Source: Alphaproteobacteria bacterium (GTDB taxonomy: Bacteria; Pseudomonadota; Alphaproteobacteria; UBA2966). From it: a stretch of 64,000 bases of DNA. The position numbers and the translations under genes are program-made. Shown here piece by piece: positions 51,169 through 60,793 of this stretch. Below the pieces are notes generated by a model that worked only from the letters and a program-made list of their open reading frames with translations, did not search any database and had not been told where the DNA came from. Every line of letters begins with the position of its first letter. Within the stretch, counting starts at the first letter, position 1. Where the stretch lies: positions 768,001-832,000 of the forward strand of contig OZ219856.1 of NCBI GenBank assembly GCA_964291395.2, in the 5' to 3' direction.

Positions 51169-51428
51169 CCTTCTGGGCCGCCTGGCGAGCGCGCCGCTGC
51201 CTGATCCCGGCCGACGGCTTCTACGAGTGGACCCGCCGGGGCGGGGAGATGCAGCCGTGGCTGTTCGGGCTGAAGGACGGCGGGCCGTTCGCCTTCGCCG
51301 GGCTGTGGGAGCATTGGACGGTGCCCGAGGGGGCGGCGTACACGGGATCGCTGGCCGAATGGGCGCCGGGAGAGGCGATCGAGACCTGCACGATCCTCAC
51401 GACCGTGGCCAACGCGGCCGTTGAGTGA
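51165..51428 (+). pseudogene. SRAP internal fragment (second copy)
   Basis: AAWRARRCLIPADGFYEWTRRGGE nearly identical to 46055-46130. Confidence 0.85.
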
Positions 51429-51497
51429 CATGGGACCAAACCCGGCTGTTGGCGGCCCGCACATCGTGGTCGTGGGAGCTGGTGCGGCCGGTCGCGC

Positions 51498-51908
51498 TCA
51501 CTCCAGGACGGATCCGAGGAACTCCGCGACCGTTTGAACGAGAATGCCGGATGTCTCCTCCGGCCGGTTCATGAAGGGGCCGAAATCCCTCAGGTCACCG
51601 GTCAAAAGATGAGTTGCCTGGCAGGTGACCGCCGCCTGGAAGATGGGCCGGTCCTTTTCGGCGAGCGCGGCGGGAAACGGGAGACCGGGACGGAGCTCGA
51701 CGAGCGGAATGTCCCGCAGCAGCGCGTTCAGGCCATCCAGGGATCGAGGAAACTTCCGCGCGAGGTTGCGGCGGGCCTCCTCGGACGCATGGAGACTTGT
51801 CGCAAGCGCCCAGTGCCCACGCTTGCCGAGCTCGATGGTCAATGCCGCCTTGCCATGCGGATTGTGCGCGGCGGTGAAGAGCACGTTGGCGTCGAGAAAA
51901 AGCCTCAC
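51498..51908 (-). CDS. VapC/PIN toxin
   Basis: LFLDANVLF, KDRPI, LLTGD. Confidence 0.88.
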   Translation of the reverse strand: MRLFLDANVLFTAAHNPHGKAALTIELGKRGHWALATSLHASEEARRNLARKFPRSLDGLNALLRDIPLVELRPGLPFPAALAEKDRPIFQAAVTCQATHLLTGDLRDFGPFMNRPEETSGILVQTVAEFLGSVLE

Positions 51909-52150
51909 CCGGTCACGGCATTCAGGATGCGCGCCCGCTCCTCATCCTCGAGCTTGTCGTCGTCGTCCCAGCGGGCGACCTCCTCCTCGCTGTAGTGCTG
52001 GATTTCGAGAACCACGCCGGGTTTGAGGACGATCTCGCTGCCGCGATCTTCAAGAATCACGACGTCGCCGCCGCTGATCCCCAAGCGTTTGCGAATTGCG
52101 GCCGGCAGGGTGATCTGGCCGCGGCTGGACACGACGAGTGTCTCGGGCAT
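51905..52150 (-). CDS. AbrB/MazE antitoxin
   Basis: SSRGQITLPAAIRKRLGI. Confidence 0.88.
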   Translation of the reverse strand: MPETLVVSSRGQITLPAAIRKRLGISGGDVVILEDRGSEIVLKPGVVLEIQHYSEEEVARWDDDDKLEDEERARILNAVTG

Positions 52151-52254
52151 GCTGAGCCTCCTGAAGTACGGCAGTGGGCGGCGGACGCGACGACATATTT
52201 GCGGAATATCGGAAAATATACAACTGTACCGGTGCTCGAAAATCGACCCTTCTC

Positions 52255-52327
52255 CGGCGTGAACGTCACCGGGACGATCGGCGACACGCCCGCTGGTCGC
52301 CCCGCTGGGCGGAAGCGCCGGTTCGTC
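52255..52327 (+). repeat. 73-bp direct repeat, copy 2
   Basis: Identical to 47055-47127. Confidence 0.92.
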
Positions 52328-52464
52328 GTCCGCTCCAGGTTCAGGGCGCCCTATGAAGAGCCCCGCCCATCCCGGCGGGTCCGCGAACCGGGCGATCGTC
52401 AGGGTTCGCCCCTGTCCATGAAACCGGTTGAGTGTCGGCTGGCAGAAGCGGTTATACTGCGGGT

Positions 52465-52701
52465 ATGAAGACGGCGGTATCAATTCCCGACGACATCTTC
52501 GAACGGGCCGAACGCCTGGCTTCCCAAGAGCAGCGGTCCCGGAGCGACCTGTATGCGGCCGCGCTCGACCAATACCTGGCGCGTCATGCACGCGACGAGA
52601 TCACCGAGACGATGAACCGCGTATGCGACGAGGTTGGCGAAAACGACGATGCCTTCCTCGCCGCCGCCGGCCGGCGCGTGCTCGACCGCGTCGAATGGTG
52701 A
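52465..52701 (+). CDS. RHH antitoxin
   Basis: MKTAVSIPDDIF...SRSDLY...VEW. Confidence 0.85.
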   Translation: MKTAVSIPDDIFERAERLASQEQRSRSDLYAAALDQYLARHARDEITETMNRVCDEVGENDDAFLAAAGRRVLDRVEW

Positions 52702-53039
52702 TCTCCCAAGGGGACGTTTGCTGGGCCGAATTGCCCGAGCCCACAGGTTCAGGACCAGGATTTCGGAGGCCGGTCGTCGTCGTCCAGGAGGATGCCTTGA
52801 ATCGAAGCCGGGTGGGCACGGTGGTCTGCGTGCCGCTCACAAGCAATCTGCGGTGGGCGGACGCGCCGGGCAACGTGCTGCTGACGGCGTCGATGACGGG
52901 CCTGCCGAGAGACTCGGTCGCGAACGTGTCACAGGTCGTCGCCCTTGACCGGACGCTCCTCGAAGAGCGCGTGGGCCAGATCCCGCGGGCGAAGATCGAC
53001 TTGCTCCTTGCCGGCCTCGACGTCGTCCTCGGTCGGTAA
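52695..53039 (+). CDS. mazF: MazF/PemK toxin
   Basis: GSGPGFRRPVVVVQ, PLTSN, DSVANVSQ. Confidence 0.9.
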   Translation: MVISQGDVCWAELPEPTGSGPGFRRPVVVVQEDALNRSRVGTVVCVPLTSNLRWADAPGNVLLTASMTGLPRDSVANVSQVVALDRTLLEERVGQIPRAKIDLLLAGLDVVLGR

Positions 53040-53051
53040 CCCGTTACGGAT

Positions 53052-53243
53052 CTAAGGGGCTGGGCCGACGATCTTCGCCCGGGTCGCGACGCTTGGCGCG
53101 AACGCCGCCCGGAGTTCGGCTTCCAGCAGGTTGGAAGAGATCAGGCGGGCGAAGTCGTCCAGCCGCCGCGCATGTGCCGCCGCGCCCGGCTCGTCGAAGG
53201 CGATGGCGGTCGACACCGAGGTATCGACGTACGCGACGCTCAT
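53052..53243 (-). pseudogene. Truncated PIN toxin
   Basis: AYVDTS...SSNLLEAELRAAF, then homology is lost. Confidence 0.7.
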
Positions 53244-53517
53244 TCGCCGCGCTCGGCGAGAAACCTCGCCAGGGCGCCGGGCCGCCGGTCCACCGGCCGG
53301 AACGTCCGCCTCGGAACCGTCGGGCGAACCAGGGAGCCGCCGCGCTCCAGGTCGTTCAGCCGCTCGTCGAGCGTCGGCTCCTGCCGCCGTTCGATCGAAC
53401 GGATCTCCGCCACCGGTTCCCCCGATAGGAGACGGTGACGGTCTTGCCTTCGCGCACTTGCCGAATGACCTCGGAGAAACGCGCTTTCGCTTCGTGGACC
53501 GAGTAGTTGAGCGCCAT
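53240..53517 (-). pseudogene. Phd/YefM antitoxin, frameshifted
   Basis: YSVHEAKARFSEV...SYRG|EPVAEI...GALARFLAER. Confidence 0.75.
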
Positions 53518-53772
53518 GACCTCATCTTGGCTAGTCAGACCGGTCATCACAACCGCGAGCGCCGGGACAGGACTTCCATGATGTCTGGATTCTCAACCGG
53601 TCCTTTTCGTTCGACAACGATAGGCCGTCCCGCGCGATGGCGGCCACATTCCCGTGGCGCCGAACGGGAGTTCCGGCCGAACTACCCGCTGCGCTTTCCC
53701 CAGCCTTTGCGGCAACCGAAGCGGTCGACTCCTATGGTACATATGATCCCGAGGTCCTGAACGGAGGGAGCC

Positions 53773-55527
53773 ATGGCCGACACGTCACCGGAGCTGGTGC
53801 TGCACAACGGCAAGATCGTCACGGTCGACGATGATTTCTCGATCGTGCAGGCGCTCGCCGTCGCGGGCGAGCGCATCGTCGCGACCGGGACCGACGCCGA
53901 CGTGCTGGCCGGCGCCGGGCCCGGCACGGAACGCATCGATCTCGGCGGCCGCACCGTGGTGCCGGGGCTGATCGACGGCCACCCGCACATGGACAGCTGG
54001 CGCGGCCGCTTCCCGCGCCTCGCGGGCGCGAAGAACATGGCCGACATCCGGGCCCGCGTCGCCCGCGCCGTCGCCGACGTCCGGGAGAAGGGCCGGCCGG
54101 GCGCCTGGGTGGTGCTCCAGCTCCTGGCCGACCCCGAGACCCGGGCCCCGGCGTGCTTCGAGGAAGGGCGCTATCCCAACCGCCACGATCTCGACCCGGT
54201 CTCGCCGGACAATCCGGTGTGGATCCGGGGCACCTACAGGACGCCGTCCATCGTCAACAGCCGGGCGCTCGAGCTGGCCGGGATCACCGCCGAGACGCCC
54301 CAGCCCGAACGCCTGGCGCCGATCCTCGACTGGCGCTCGGGCGACACCGTCCTCTCGCCCGGCGGCGAGATCGAGAAGGACCCGGCCACCGGCGAGCCGA
54401 CCGGCGTGCTGCGGGACAACGACACGCTGATCGCCCGCCCCGCGACCGGCCGGCTGTGGGAGCTCGCGCCGCGTCCCACCCTGGAGGCGTGCATCGCCAA
54501 CCTCGAGGACAAGATCGCCGAGTTCAACCGCCTGGGGCTCACCGCCATCTACGAGGGCCACGGCCTCGAGGATCCCGTCGAGGAGGGTACCCTGGCGCTG
54601 CTCAAGGTGTGGTCGGAAGGCAGGCTCACGGTGCGCGTCCAGATGGTGCCCAACCTGAGCACCTCGGGGACGCTCGAGGACGTCTCGGCGCGCCTGGGCG
54701 GCTATGCCTACGCCGCCCACGACGGGGCCGGCGACGACCGGCTGCGCTTCGCCGGGGTCAACGTCACCCTCGACGGACCCGGCGGCGGCCTCGACGCCGT
54801 GCAGCCGAAGCAGCCCTCCTGGCCCGGCCCGCACGACGAGATCCGCGACGGCATCTGCCGCGTTCCCCTCGACAAGTTCCGCCACGTGGCGCGCGAGGCC
54901 GCCCGCCGGGGCGTGCGGCTGGCCACCAAGGCCGACGGCGAGGCCATGATCGACTGGGTCATCGACGTCTACGGCGAGGCGGACGCGGAGTTCGGCATCC
55001 GCGACCGGCGCTGGGTCATGATGCACAGCAAGTTCACCACCCCGGCCCAGATGGCGCGCCTGCGCGAGCTCGGCGTCGTGCCGACGACCTGCGCGACGTT
55101 CGTCTGGCATCACGGCAAGAACCTGGCGCGCGCCTACGGCGAGGCGGTGGCCCGTCGCGCGGTGCCCCTGCGCGGCTTCCTCGACGCCGGCCTGCCGGTG
55201 TCCAACGGCTCCGACGAATATCCCTGGAACCCGTTCTTCTCGCTCTGGCTCATGGTGACGCGCACCGACGGGGAGACCGGCGCGCAGCTCGGCGGCGGCG
55301 AATGCGTCTCGCGCGAGGAGGCGCTGCGCATCTACACCAACAACGGCGCCTGGCTCCTGCGCATGGAGGACCGGCTGGGTTCCCTCGAGGCCGGCAAGTA
55401 CGCCGACCTGCTCGTCCTCTCCGACGATTACCTCACCGTCGAGGCGGGGCGGATCAAGGACATCTCCCCCGTCATGACCGTCGTCGGCGGCCGGATCGTC
55501 CACGCCGACCCCGACGCCGGTCTCTGA
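53773..55527 (+). CDS. Amidohydrolase 3 family (YtcJ-like)
   Basis: PGLIDGHPH, GEPTGVL, GSD, GSLEAGKYADL. Confidence 0.9.
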   Translation: MADTSPELVLHNGKIVTVDDDFSIVQALAVAGERIVATGTDADVLAGAGPGTERIDLGGRTVVPGLIDGHPHMDSWRGRFPRLAGAKNMADIRARVARAVADVREKGRPGAWVVLQLLADPETRAPACFEEGRYPNRHDLDPVSPDNPVWIRGTYRTPSIVNSRALELAGITAETPQPERLAPILDWRSGDTVLSPGGEIEKDPATGEPTGVLRDNDTLIARPATGRLWELAPRPTLEACIANLEDKIAEFNRLGLTAIYEGHGLEDPVEEGTLALLKVWSEGRLTVRVQMVPNLSTSGTLEDVSARLGGYAYAAHDGAGDDRLRFAGVNVTLDGPGGGLDAVQPKQPSWPGPHDEIRDGICRVPLDKFRHVAREAARRGVRLATKADGEAMIDWVIDVYGEADAEFGIRDRRWVMMHSKFTTPAQMARLRELGVVPTTCATFVWHHGKNLARAYGEAVARRAVPLRGFLDAGLPVSNGSDEYPWNPFFSLWLMVTRTDGETGAQLGGGECVSREEALRIYTNNGAWLLRMEDRLGSLEAGKYADLLVLSDDYLTVEAGRIKDISPVMTVVGGRIVHADPDAGL

Positions 55528-55772
55528 CCGGAAGATGCCGGCGGCGGGCGCGCGCAGCGGGCGTTTCGGCACGGGAAACCGCGGGTTTCCAAAGTCGAGT
55601 TCCGGGACGGCGAATCCGGCTCCGGCGGAGCGCCTCTGAGTCCCCGCGTGGCGGGACTTGTGCGACACTCGCTCCGCAATCGGCAGATCGGAGGTTCCAG
55701 TCCTCTCTGCGGCACCGCTTTTTCCGGTACGATGGTGCCAGCGACCTGACGGCAACTCGCTGGAGCGCCTCC

Positions 55773-56705
55773 ATGGACCTGCCCATCTCGGGTATCTGCA
55801 GTTTCGCCAAGCAACCGATCTGCACGGACCTGGATCGGCTCGATGCCGATGTCGCGATCCTGGGGGCTCCTCTGGACATGGGAACGATGTATCGATCCGG
55901 AGCGCGGTTCGGTCCACGGGCGATCCGCGAGGCGTCGACCCTGTATGCCTTTGGTCCCGAGGGAGCCTACTCGCCCGAAGACGACCAGTATCATCTTTCG
56001 CGTGAGTCGGTGCGGATCGTCGATGCCGGCGATGCGGATATCATTCACACCGATGTTGCGGGCAGCTTCGCCAACATCGAGAAAGCCGTCCGCAAAATTC
56101 TGGCCCGTGGTGCTTTGCCCGTCGTTCTTGGCGGCGACCATTCCGTTCACATTCCCTGTATTCGCGCCTTTTCGGACCGGCCGCCGGTTCATGTCGTTCA
56201 GGTAGACGCCCATCTCGACTTCGGAAAGGACCAGGAGGGAGTGACCTTTGGTCACAACCAACCTCTGCGGCGGACGTCGGAGCTTTCTCATGTCACGGGC
56301 ATGACTCAGATCGGCATCCGGAATTTCACGTTCTCCGGCCGCGGCAGTTACGAAGAGGCTCGAGCCGCGGGATCCGAGATCGTGACGATGCGCAGGGCAC
56401 GCGAACTGGGTATGGCAGGCGTGTTGCAGCTCATACCGGAAGGGCGGCGATACTATTGCACCATCGACATCGACGGGCTTGATCCCGCGGTTGCGCCCGG
56501 CACCGGTTCGCCCAGCCCCGGCGGTTTCCTGTACGACGAGGTGATCGACCTTTTGCGCGGCCTGGCAAGGCGCGGGCAGGTCGTCGGTGTTGATCTGGTC
56601 GAAGTCGCGCCGCCCTACGATGCGACCGGCGCGACGTCCCTGCTGGCGGCGCAACTGCTTCTGCGGTTTCTGGGCTACGTTTTCGTTGAAAAGGGCGGCA
56701 CCTAG
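55773..56705 (+). CDS. speB: Agmatinase / ureohydrolase
   Basis: GARFGPRAIR, GGDHS, DAHLD, DIDGLDPAVAPGTG, VEVAP. Confidence 0.88.
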   Translation: MDLPISGICSFAKQPICTDLDRLDADVAILGAPLDMGTMYRSGARFGPRAIREASTLYAFGPEGAYSPEDDQYHLSRESVRIVDAGDADIIHTDVAGSFANIEKAVRKILARGALPVVLGGDHSVHIPCIRAFSDRPPVHVVQVDAHLDFGKDQEGVTFGHNQPLRRTSELSHVTGMTQIGIRNFTFSGRGSYEEARAAGSEIVTMRRARELGMAGVLQLIPEGRRYYCTIDIDGLDPAVAPGTGSPSPGGFLYDEVIDLLRGLARRGQVVGVDLVEVAPPYDATGATSLLAAQLLLRFLGYVFVEKGGT

Positions 56706-56724
56706 CCCTCTTCACTCACGAACA

Positions 56725-56934
56725 GGACTGGCCGCCCTGTGCGAGCCGGTCGACATATCCTTCCGGATACGGCCGATGTTGCGCGACGCCGACGACGAAA
56801 TGGTTCTTGAGGTGGCACTGAGCGGACGAGCCGACGCTATCGTCGCGCATAACGTCAGGGACTTTGCATCGGCTCGGCCTTTAGGCGTCGAGATCGCGGC
56901 TCCCGGCGACATCCTGAGGAGATTGACCTCATGA
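56725..56934 (+). pseudogene. PIN toxin C-terminal remnant
   Basis: RPMLRDADDEMVLEVA...HNVRDF; 5' half missing. Confidence 0.7.
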
Positions 56935-57194
56935 CGGACACCCGGCGCTACAAGTACCCCTTGCAATTGCCGGCATCGCTGAAAGACACGGCGGCGCGCC
57001 TGGCCCGGGAGGATGGCGTATCCCTCAATCAGTGGATCGTCGCCGCGGTCGCCCAGAAGATCGGCGCTGTCGAAACCGCGGAGACGTTCCTCCGGGAACG
57101 AGCGGCAGGTGCGGCGTCGGACGATTTGGCGCGCTATCTGGAAAAGGCGCCGGACACGCCGCCCGAGCCGGGCGACGAGCTGCCGCGCCGCTAA
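56931..57194 (+). CDS. HicB-like RHH antitoxin
   Basis: YPLQLPASLK...GVSLNQWIVAAVAQK. Confidence 0.8.
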   Translation: MTDTRRYKYPLQLPASLKDTAARLAREDGVSLNQWIVAAVAQKIGAVETAETFLRERAAGAASDDLARYLEKAPDTPPEPGDELPRR

Positions 57195-57247
57195 GAGTGA
57201 ACCGTTGGAAGCGGGTGAGCTCCCGGAGGCAACATGCCCGTGGCTTG

Positions 57248-57307
57248 CGGGAACCGCCCGCGAGCCTTCGCCGTCGGGACCGTGGGGTCAGGCGTCGGGG
57301 ATCACGG
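57248..57307 (+). repeat. 60-bp copy of the RidA 3' end and downstream DNA
   Basis: Matches 58445-58504 with 3 mismatches. Confidence 0.88.
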
Positions 57308-57431
57308 AATGGTGCCGTCGACACCCCGGCGGCACGGCCGTGGGCAGACTCGCAGGACAAAACTTGATAAAAAACATTTACAAGTGTAAGTACAGCCATG
57401 CCGCTCTTCCTTTGAGCATGGGGAGCCGGGG

Positions 57432-58013
57432 ATGGCCAGGCAAGACAGGAACGGACAGGACAGCAAGCCAATCCACGCCGAGGTGCTTGCCGCGGCCCAG
57501 CGGCTCTGCCGCCGGGAGGATTGGACATTCAGGCCTCACCAGGTCGTCGGTGCCCTGCCGCACTTGAACGAAAGCTCGGTTCGAACGCACATCGTGAGCC
57601 GGTGCTGCGAGAACGCACCCGAGAACCATGCGCACCGATGGCCGTATTTTCGTCGCGTCGGTCGGGGTGTCTACGAGATTTTACCGCCATTCCGGCGAAC
57701 GGAACGCGGCGGGTCGGAATCACGCGAACGAGCCGCCGGTGACAGTCGGAGCGGTGATGGGACGGGGCCCGACGGGATGGCGGGAGGCCGGCAATCCGCG
57801 ATTCATGCCGTGGTTTCGGACAGCGAAGGCTGGTACGTGGCGGAGTGTCTGGAGGTTGCGGTGGTTACCCAGGGCCGGTCGCTGGATGAGGCGTTGGCGA
57901 ACTTGCGGAGCGCGCTGGAGTTGCATCTCGACGACGATGAGCTGGCGCGGGCTGGTCTCCCGTCGACGCCGCGCCTCGTGGTGAACTACGAGACTTCGGC
58001 CTTCGCCGCCTGA
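57432..58013 (+). CDS. hicB: HicB antitoxin with extra N-terminal HTH-like domain
   Basis: C-terminal YVAECLEVAVVTQGRSLDEALANL; N-terminal SVRTHIVSRCC...RRVGRGVY domain. Confidence 0.75.
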   Translation: MARQDRNGQDSKPIHAEVLAAAQRLCRREDWTFRPHQVVGALPHLNESSVRTHIVSRCCENAPENHAHRWPYFRRVGRGVYEILPPFRRTERGGSESRERAAGDSRSGDGTGPDGMAGGRQSAIHAVVSDSEGWYVAECLEVAVVTQGRSLDEALANLRSALELHLDDDELARAGLPSTPRLVVNYETSAFAA

Positions 58014-58258
58014 TGCCGCGCCTGAGACGGCTGACGTCGAGAGAGGTGTTGAGGATTCTCGGCGGTTTCGGTTTCGAAGTCGTCTCGATCCGGGGCAGCC
58101 ACGCCAAACTCGTTCGCGTATCGGACTCTGGCGAACGGCAGGTTCTGACGGTCCCGATGCACTCGCAACTGGTGATCGGCACTGTGCGCGCGATCTACCG
58201 GCAGGCGGCCCGCTTCATTCCGGGCGACGAGCTGCGGTCGCATTTCTTTTCCGATTGA
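58013..58258 (+). CDS. hicA: HicA toxin
   Basis: GFEVVSIRGSHAKL...TVPMH...GTVRAI. Confidence 0.9.
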   Translation: MPRLRRLTSREVLRILGGFGFEVVSIRGSHAKLVRVSDSGERQVLTVPMHSQLVIGTVRAIYRQAARFIPGDELRSHFFSD

Positions 58259-58484
58259 GAGGCGGGGCACGCAGGGGCACGCGACATCCGGATTGTCGAT
58301 GGTTGCCGGGAATGCGCGAAGCGGCGGAGAGGCCTGCAGGGCTGGCTTCATGAGCCTGATTTGCACGAGTACAACGCCTGCTTGGGATCTCCCCGCTTCG
58401 GCATTCCAGAGTGCGGCGCGGACGCCGGGAAACTGGTGGGGCGTCGGGAACCGCTCGCGAGCCTTCGCCGTCGGGACCGCGGGG

Positions 58485-58877
58485 TCAGGCGTCGGGGATG
58501 ACGGCGATGGCCTCGATTTCGACCTGGGCGTTCTGCTCGAGTTGGGTCACGCCGACCCCGGTCGTCGCCGGAGGATCGGATTTCCAGATCTCCCGTCGGA
58601 CCTTGTCGAAGACGGGCCACTGGGTCTCGCGGTCCACGAAGTACATGGTCATTTTCACGATATCCTGCAGCGTGGCGCCGTGCGCCTGCAGGATCATGTC
58701 GAGGCCCTCGAAGATTCTGCGGACCTGGGCCTCGATATCCGGCAGGATCTTGCCGGTTTCCAGGTCCCAGCCGATCAGGCCGCTGGTGTAGACGGTATTG
58801 CCCACGCGCACGCCCGGTGACAGCCAGCCTTCGAACATCGGACCGATTTCCGGGACGGGATTTCTGACGGGCTTCAT
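58485..58877 (-). CDS. RidA family protein
   Basis: VYTSG, DIVKMT, PPATT, VEIEAIA. Confidence 0.9.
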   Translation of the reverse strand: MKPVRNPVPEIGPMFEGWLSPGVRVGNTVYTSGLIGWDLETGKILPDIEAQVRRIFEGLDMILQAHGATLQDIVKMTMYFVDRETQWPVFDKVRREIWKSDPPATTGVGVTQLEQNAQVEIEAIAVIPDA

Positions 58878-58937
58878 GCTGCGCCCTCCTTGCTGTTTGG
58901 ATTTGGGAACGTCGAAGACCTGACGCTCACGGCGAGG

Positions 58938-59162
58938 TTAATCGATGACCGCGGCGGCGTCGATTTCGACCGACGGCTCGGGGCAGGCCGGAGCCCGGGC
59001 GCCGCCTTCTACTTGGCGATGTTGCGATCCTGGGGGCTCCTCTGGACATGGGAACGGTGTATCGATCCGGAGCGCGGTTCGGTCCACGGGCGATCCGCGA
59101 GGCGTCGACCCTGTGTGCCTTTGGTCCCGAGGGAGCCTACTCGCCCGAGGACGACCGGTATC
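58938..59162. pseudogene. Mosaic of a RidA 3' remnant (minus, 58938-59005) and a 146-bp agmatinase fragment (plus, 59017-59162)
   Basis: PEPSVEIDAAAVID* resembles the 60794 RidA end; 59017-59162 matches 55847-55992 with 5 mismatches. Confidence 0.85.
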
Positions 59163-59274
59163 GTTTTTTTCCTGCGCGGCATTCCTGATCGCTGCGTCGG
59201 AGACCGGTTCGGATATATTCCGAGGACGGGGTTCGCCGTCGATGGCGGGTCGCGGCTGAAGCGGGAGCGGAAAG

Positions 59275-60735
59275 ATGGCCAGGAAGATCGAGTTTTGGGA
59301 GACCGCGTTGCGCGATGCGCACCAAAGCCTTTGGGCGACGCGCATGACCATGGAGATGATGGAGGACATCCTCCCGAACATGGACGCGACCGGCTACAGG
59401 TACATGGCCATCCTCGGCTCGGCCGGGCTCGAGGCCAACGTCTACTACCTCGGGGAGGATCCCTGGGAGCGCCTTGACATGATCGAGCGGGGCGCTCCGA
59501 AGACGACCAAGTGCGTCTGGGTGCGGGCGCTCAACATGCTGGGCTGGGACCTGTTCTCGGATGACGTCTTCGACCTGACGCTCGGCGTGCTGGCGCGCCA
59601 CGGTCTCGGCGCCAGCGCCGTCATGGACGCCAACAACGACACCCGGAATCTCGTGCCGGGAATCGAGGCCTCGAAGAAGGCCGGCATGAAGGCGTTCGCC
59701 TCCCTGGTCTACAGCGTGAGCCCGGTGCACACGGACGACTACTATGTCGAGCGCGTGAAGGAGATCGTCGAGCTTGGGGTCGACGGTATCCAGATCAAGG
59801 ATTCGGGGGCGCTGCTCACGCCGGACCGCGTGCGGACGTTGACGCCGGCCTTCCGCGAGGCGATGGGTCCGGGCCTCGAGCTTCATTTTCACACGCACTG
59901 CACGTCGGGTCTCGGTCCGCTCTGCGCCCTCGAGGCGCTCGACTTCGACATCGACGTCATGCACGCGGCGATCACGCCCCTGGCCCACGGCAACTCCAAT
60001 CCCCCGCTGGAGATGGTGGCGCGCGAGGCCGTCAACATGGGCTGGGAGGTCGGCCTCGACTTCGAGTGCCTGGAGCGCACGGCCGAGCACTTCCGCCAGC
60101 AGGCCATCCGTTTCGGCAAGCCGCTCGGTCGGCCCAAGGCCTATGATCCCAACCTCTATCGCCACCAGGTGCCGGGCGGCATGCGCAGCAATCTCGAGGC
60201 GCAGCTCGAGACGCTCGGTCTCAGCGACAGGCTGCCGGCGGTGCTGGAGGAGATTTCCCGTATTCGCGAGGAACTCGGCTGGCCCATCATGGTCAGTCCG
60301 CTCAGCCAGTACTGCGGCGTGCAGGCGCTGTTCAACGTCGTGGAGGGCGAGCGCTACCGCACCGTGCAGACGGAGCTGAAGAAGTACGCGACCGGCTGGT
60401 ACGGCCGCACCCCGGCGCCGATCGATCCCGACATCCAGGACCGCCTGTCCGAAGGCGATGACGTGATCGCCGGGCGGCCGGGCTCGCTCATCGAGCCCAT
60501 GGTGGAGAAGTGCCGCAGGGAGCGCGGACCGTTCGCCACCGACGAGGACCTCGTGCTCGCGCTGCACTTCAAGCCGAAAGTGCTGGACGACTGGAAGGCC
60601 GCGCGCAAGGTCCGCGAGGCCGAGGCGACGGCCTCCACGCCGATGGCCCACCTCGTGAGGGAGCTCTCGGCCCGTCCGGAGGTCTCCTACTTCTTCTTCG
60701 AGAAGGACGACACGCGCGTCACCCACGCCATGTAG
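59275..60735 (+). CDS. Pyruvate carboxylase B / OadA-like carboxyltransferase lacking a biotin domain
   Basis: LRDAHQSL, EDPWERL, IKDSG, HTHCTSG, HQVPGGM, MVSPLSQ; no AMKM. Confidence 0.88.
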   Translation: MARKIEFWETALRDAHQSLWATRMTMEMMEDILPNMDATGYRYMAILGSAGLEANVYYLGEDPWERLDMIERGAPKTTKCVWVRALNMLGWDLFSDDVFDLTLGVLARHGLGASAVMDANNDTRNLVPGIEASKKAGMKAFASLVYSVSPVHTDDYYVERVKEIVELGVDGIQIKDSGALLTPDRVRTLTPAFREAMGPGLELHFHTHCTSGLGPLCALEALDFDIDVMHAAITPLAHGNSNPPLEMVAREAVNMGWEVGLDFECLERTAEHFRQQAIRFGKPLGRPKAYDPNLYRHQVPGGMRSNLEAQLETLGLSDRLPAVLEEISRIREELGWPIMVSPLSQYCGVQALFNVVEGERYRTVQTELKKYATGWYGRTPAPIDPDIQDRLSEGDDVIAGRPGSLIEPMVEKCRRERGPFATDEDLVLALHFKPKVLDDWKAARKVREAEATASTPMAHLVRELSARPEVSYFFFEKDDTRVTHAM

Positions 60736-60793
60736 GGCGCCGTCGGGACGCGGAGGAGGGGCGTGCGGCTGGCCGCCAGGGCCGGCGGCGGGG

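Noticed and set aside
55847-59162. Diversity-generating retroelement TR/VR pair (A-specific differences)
   Set aside because: No reverse transcriptase in the window, changes go only to G, and the adenines are in the intact gene rather than a template repeat.
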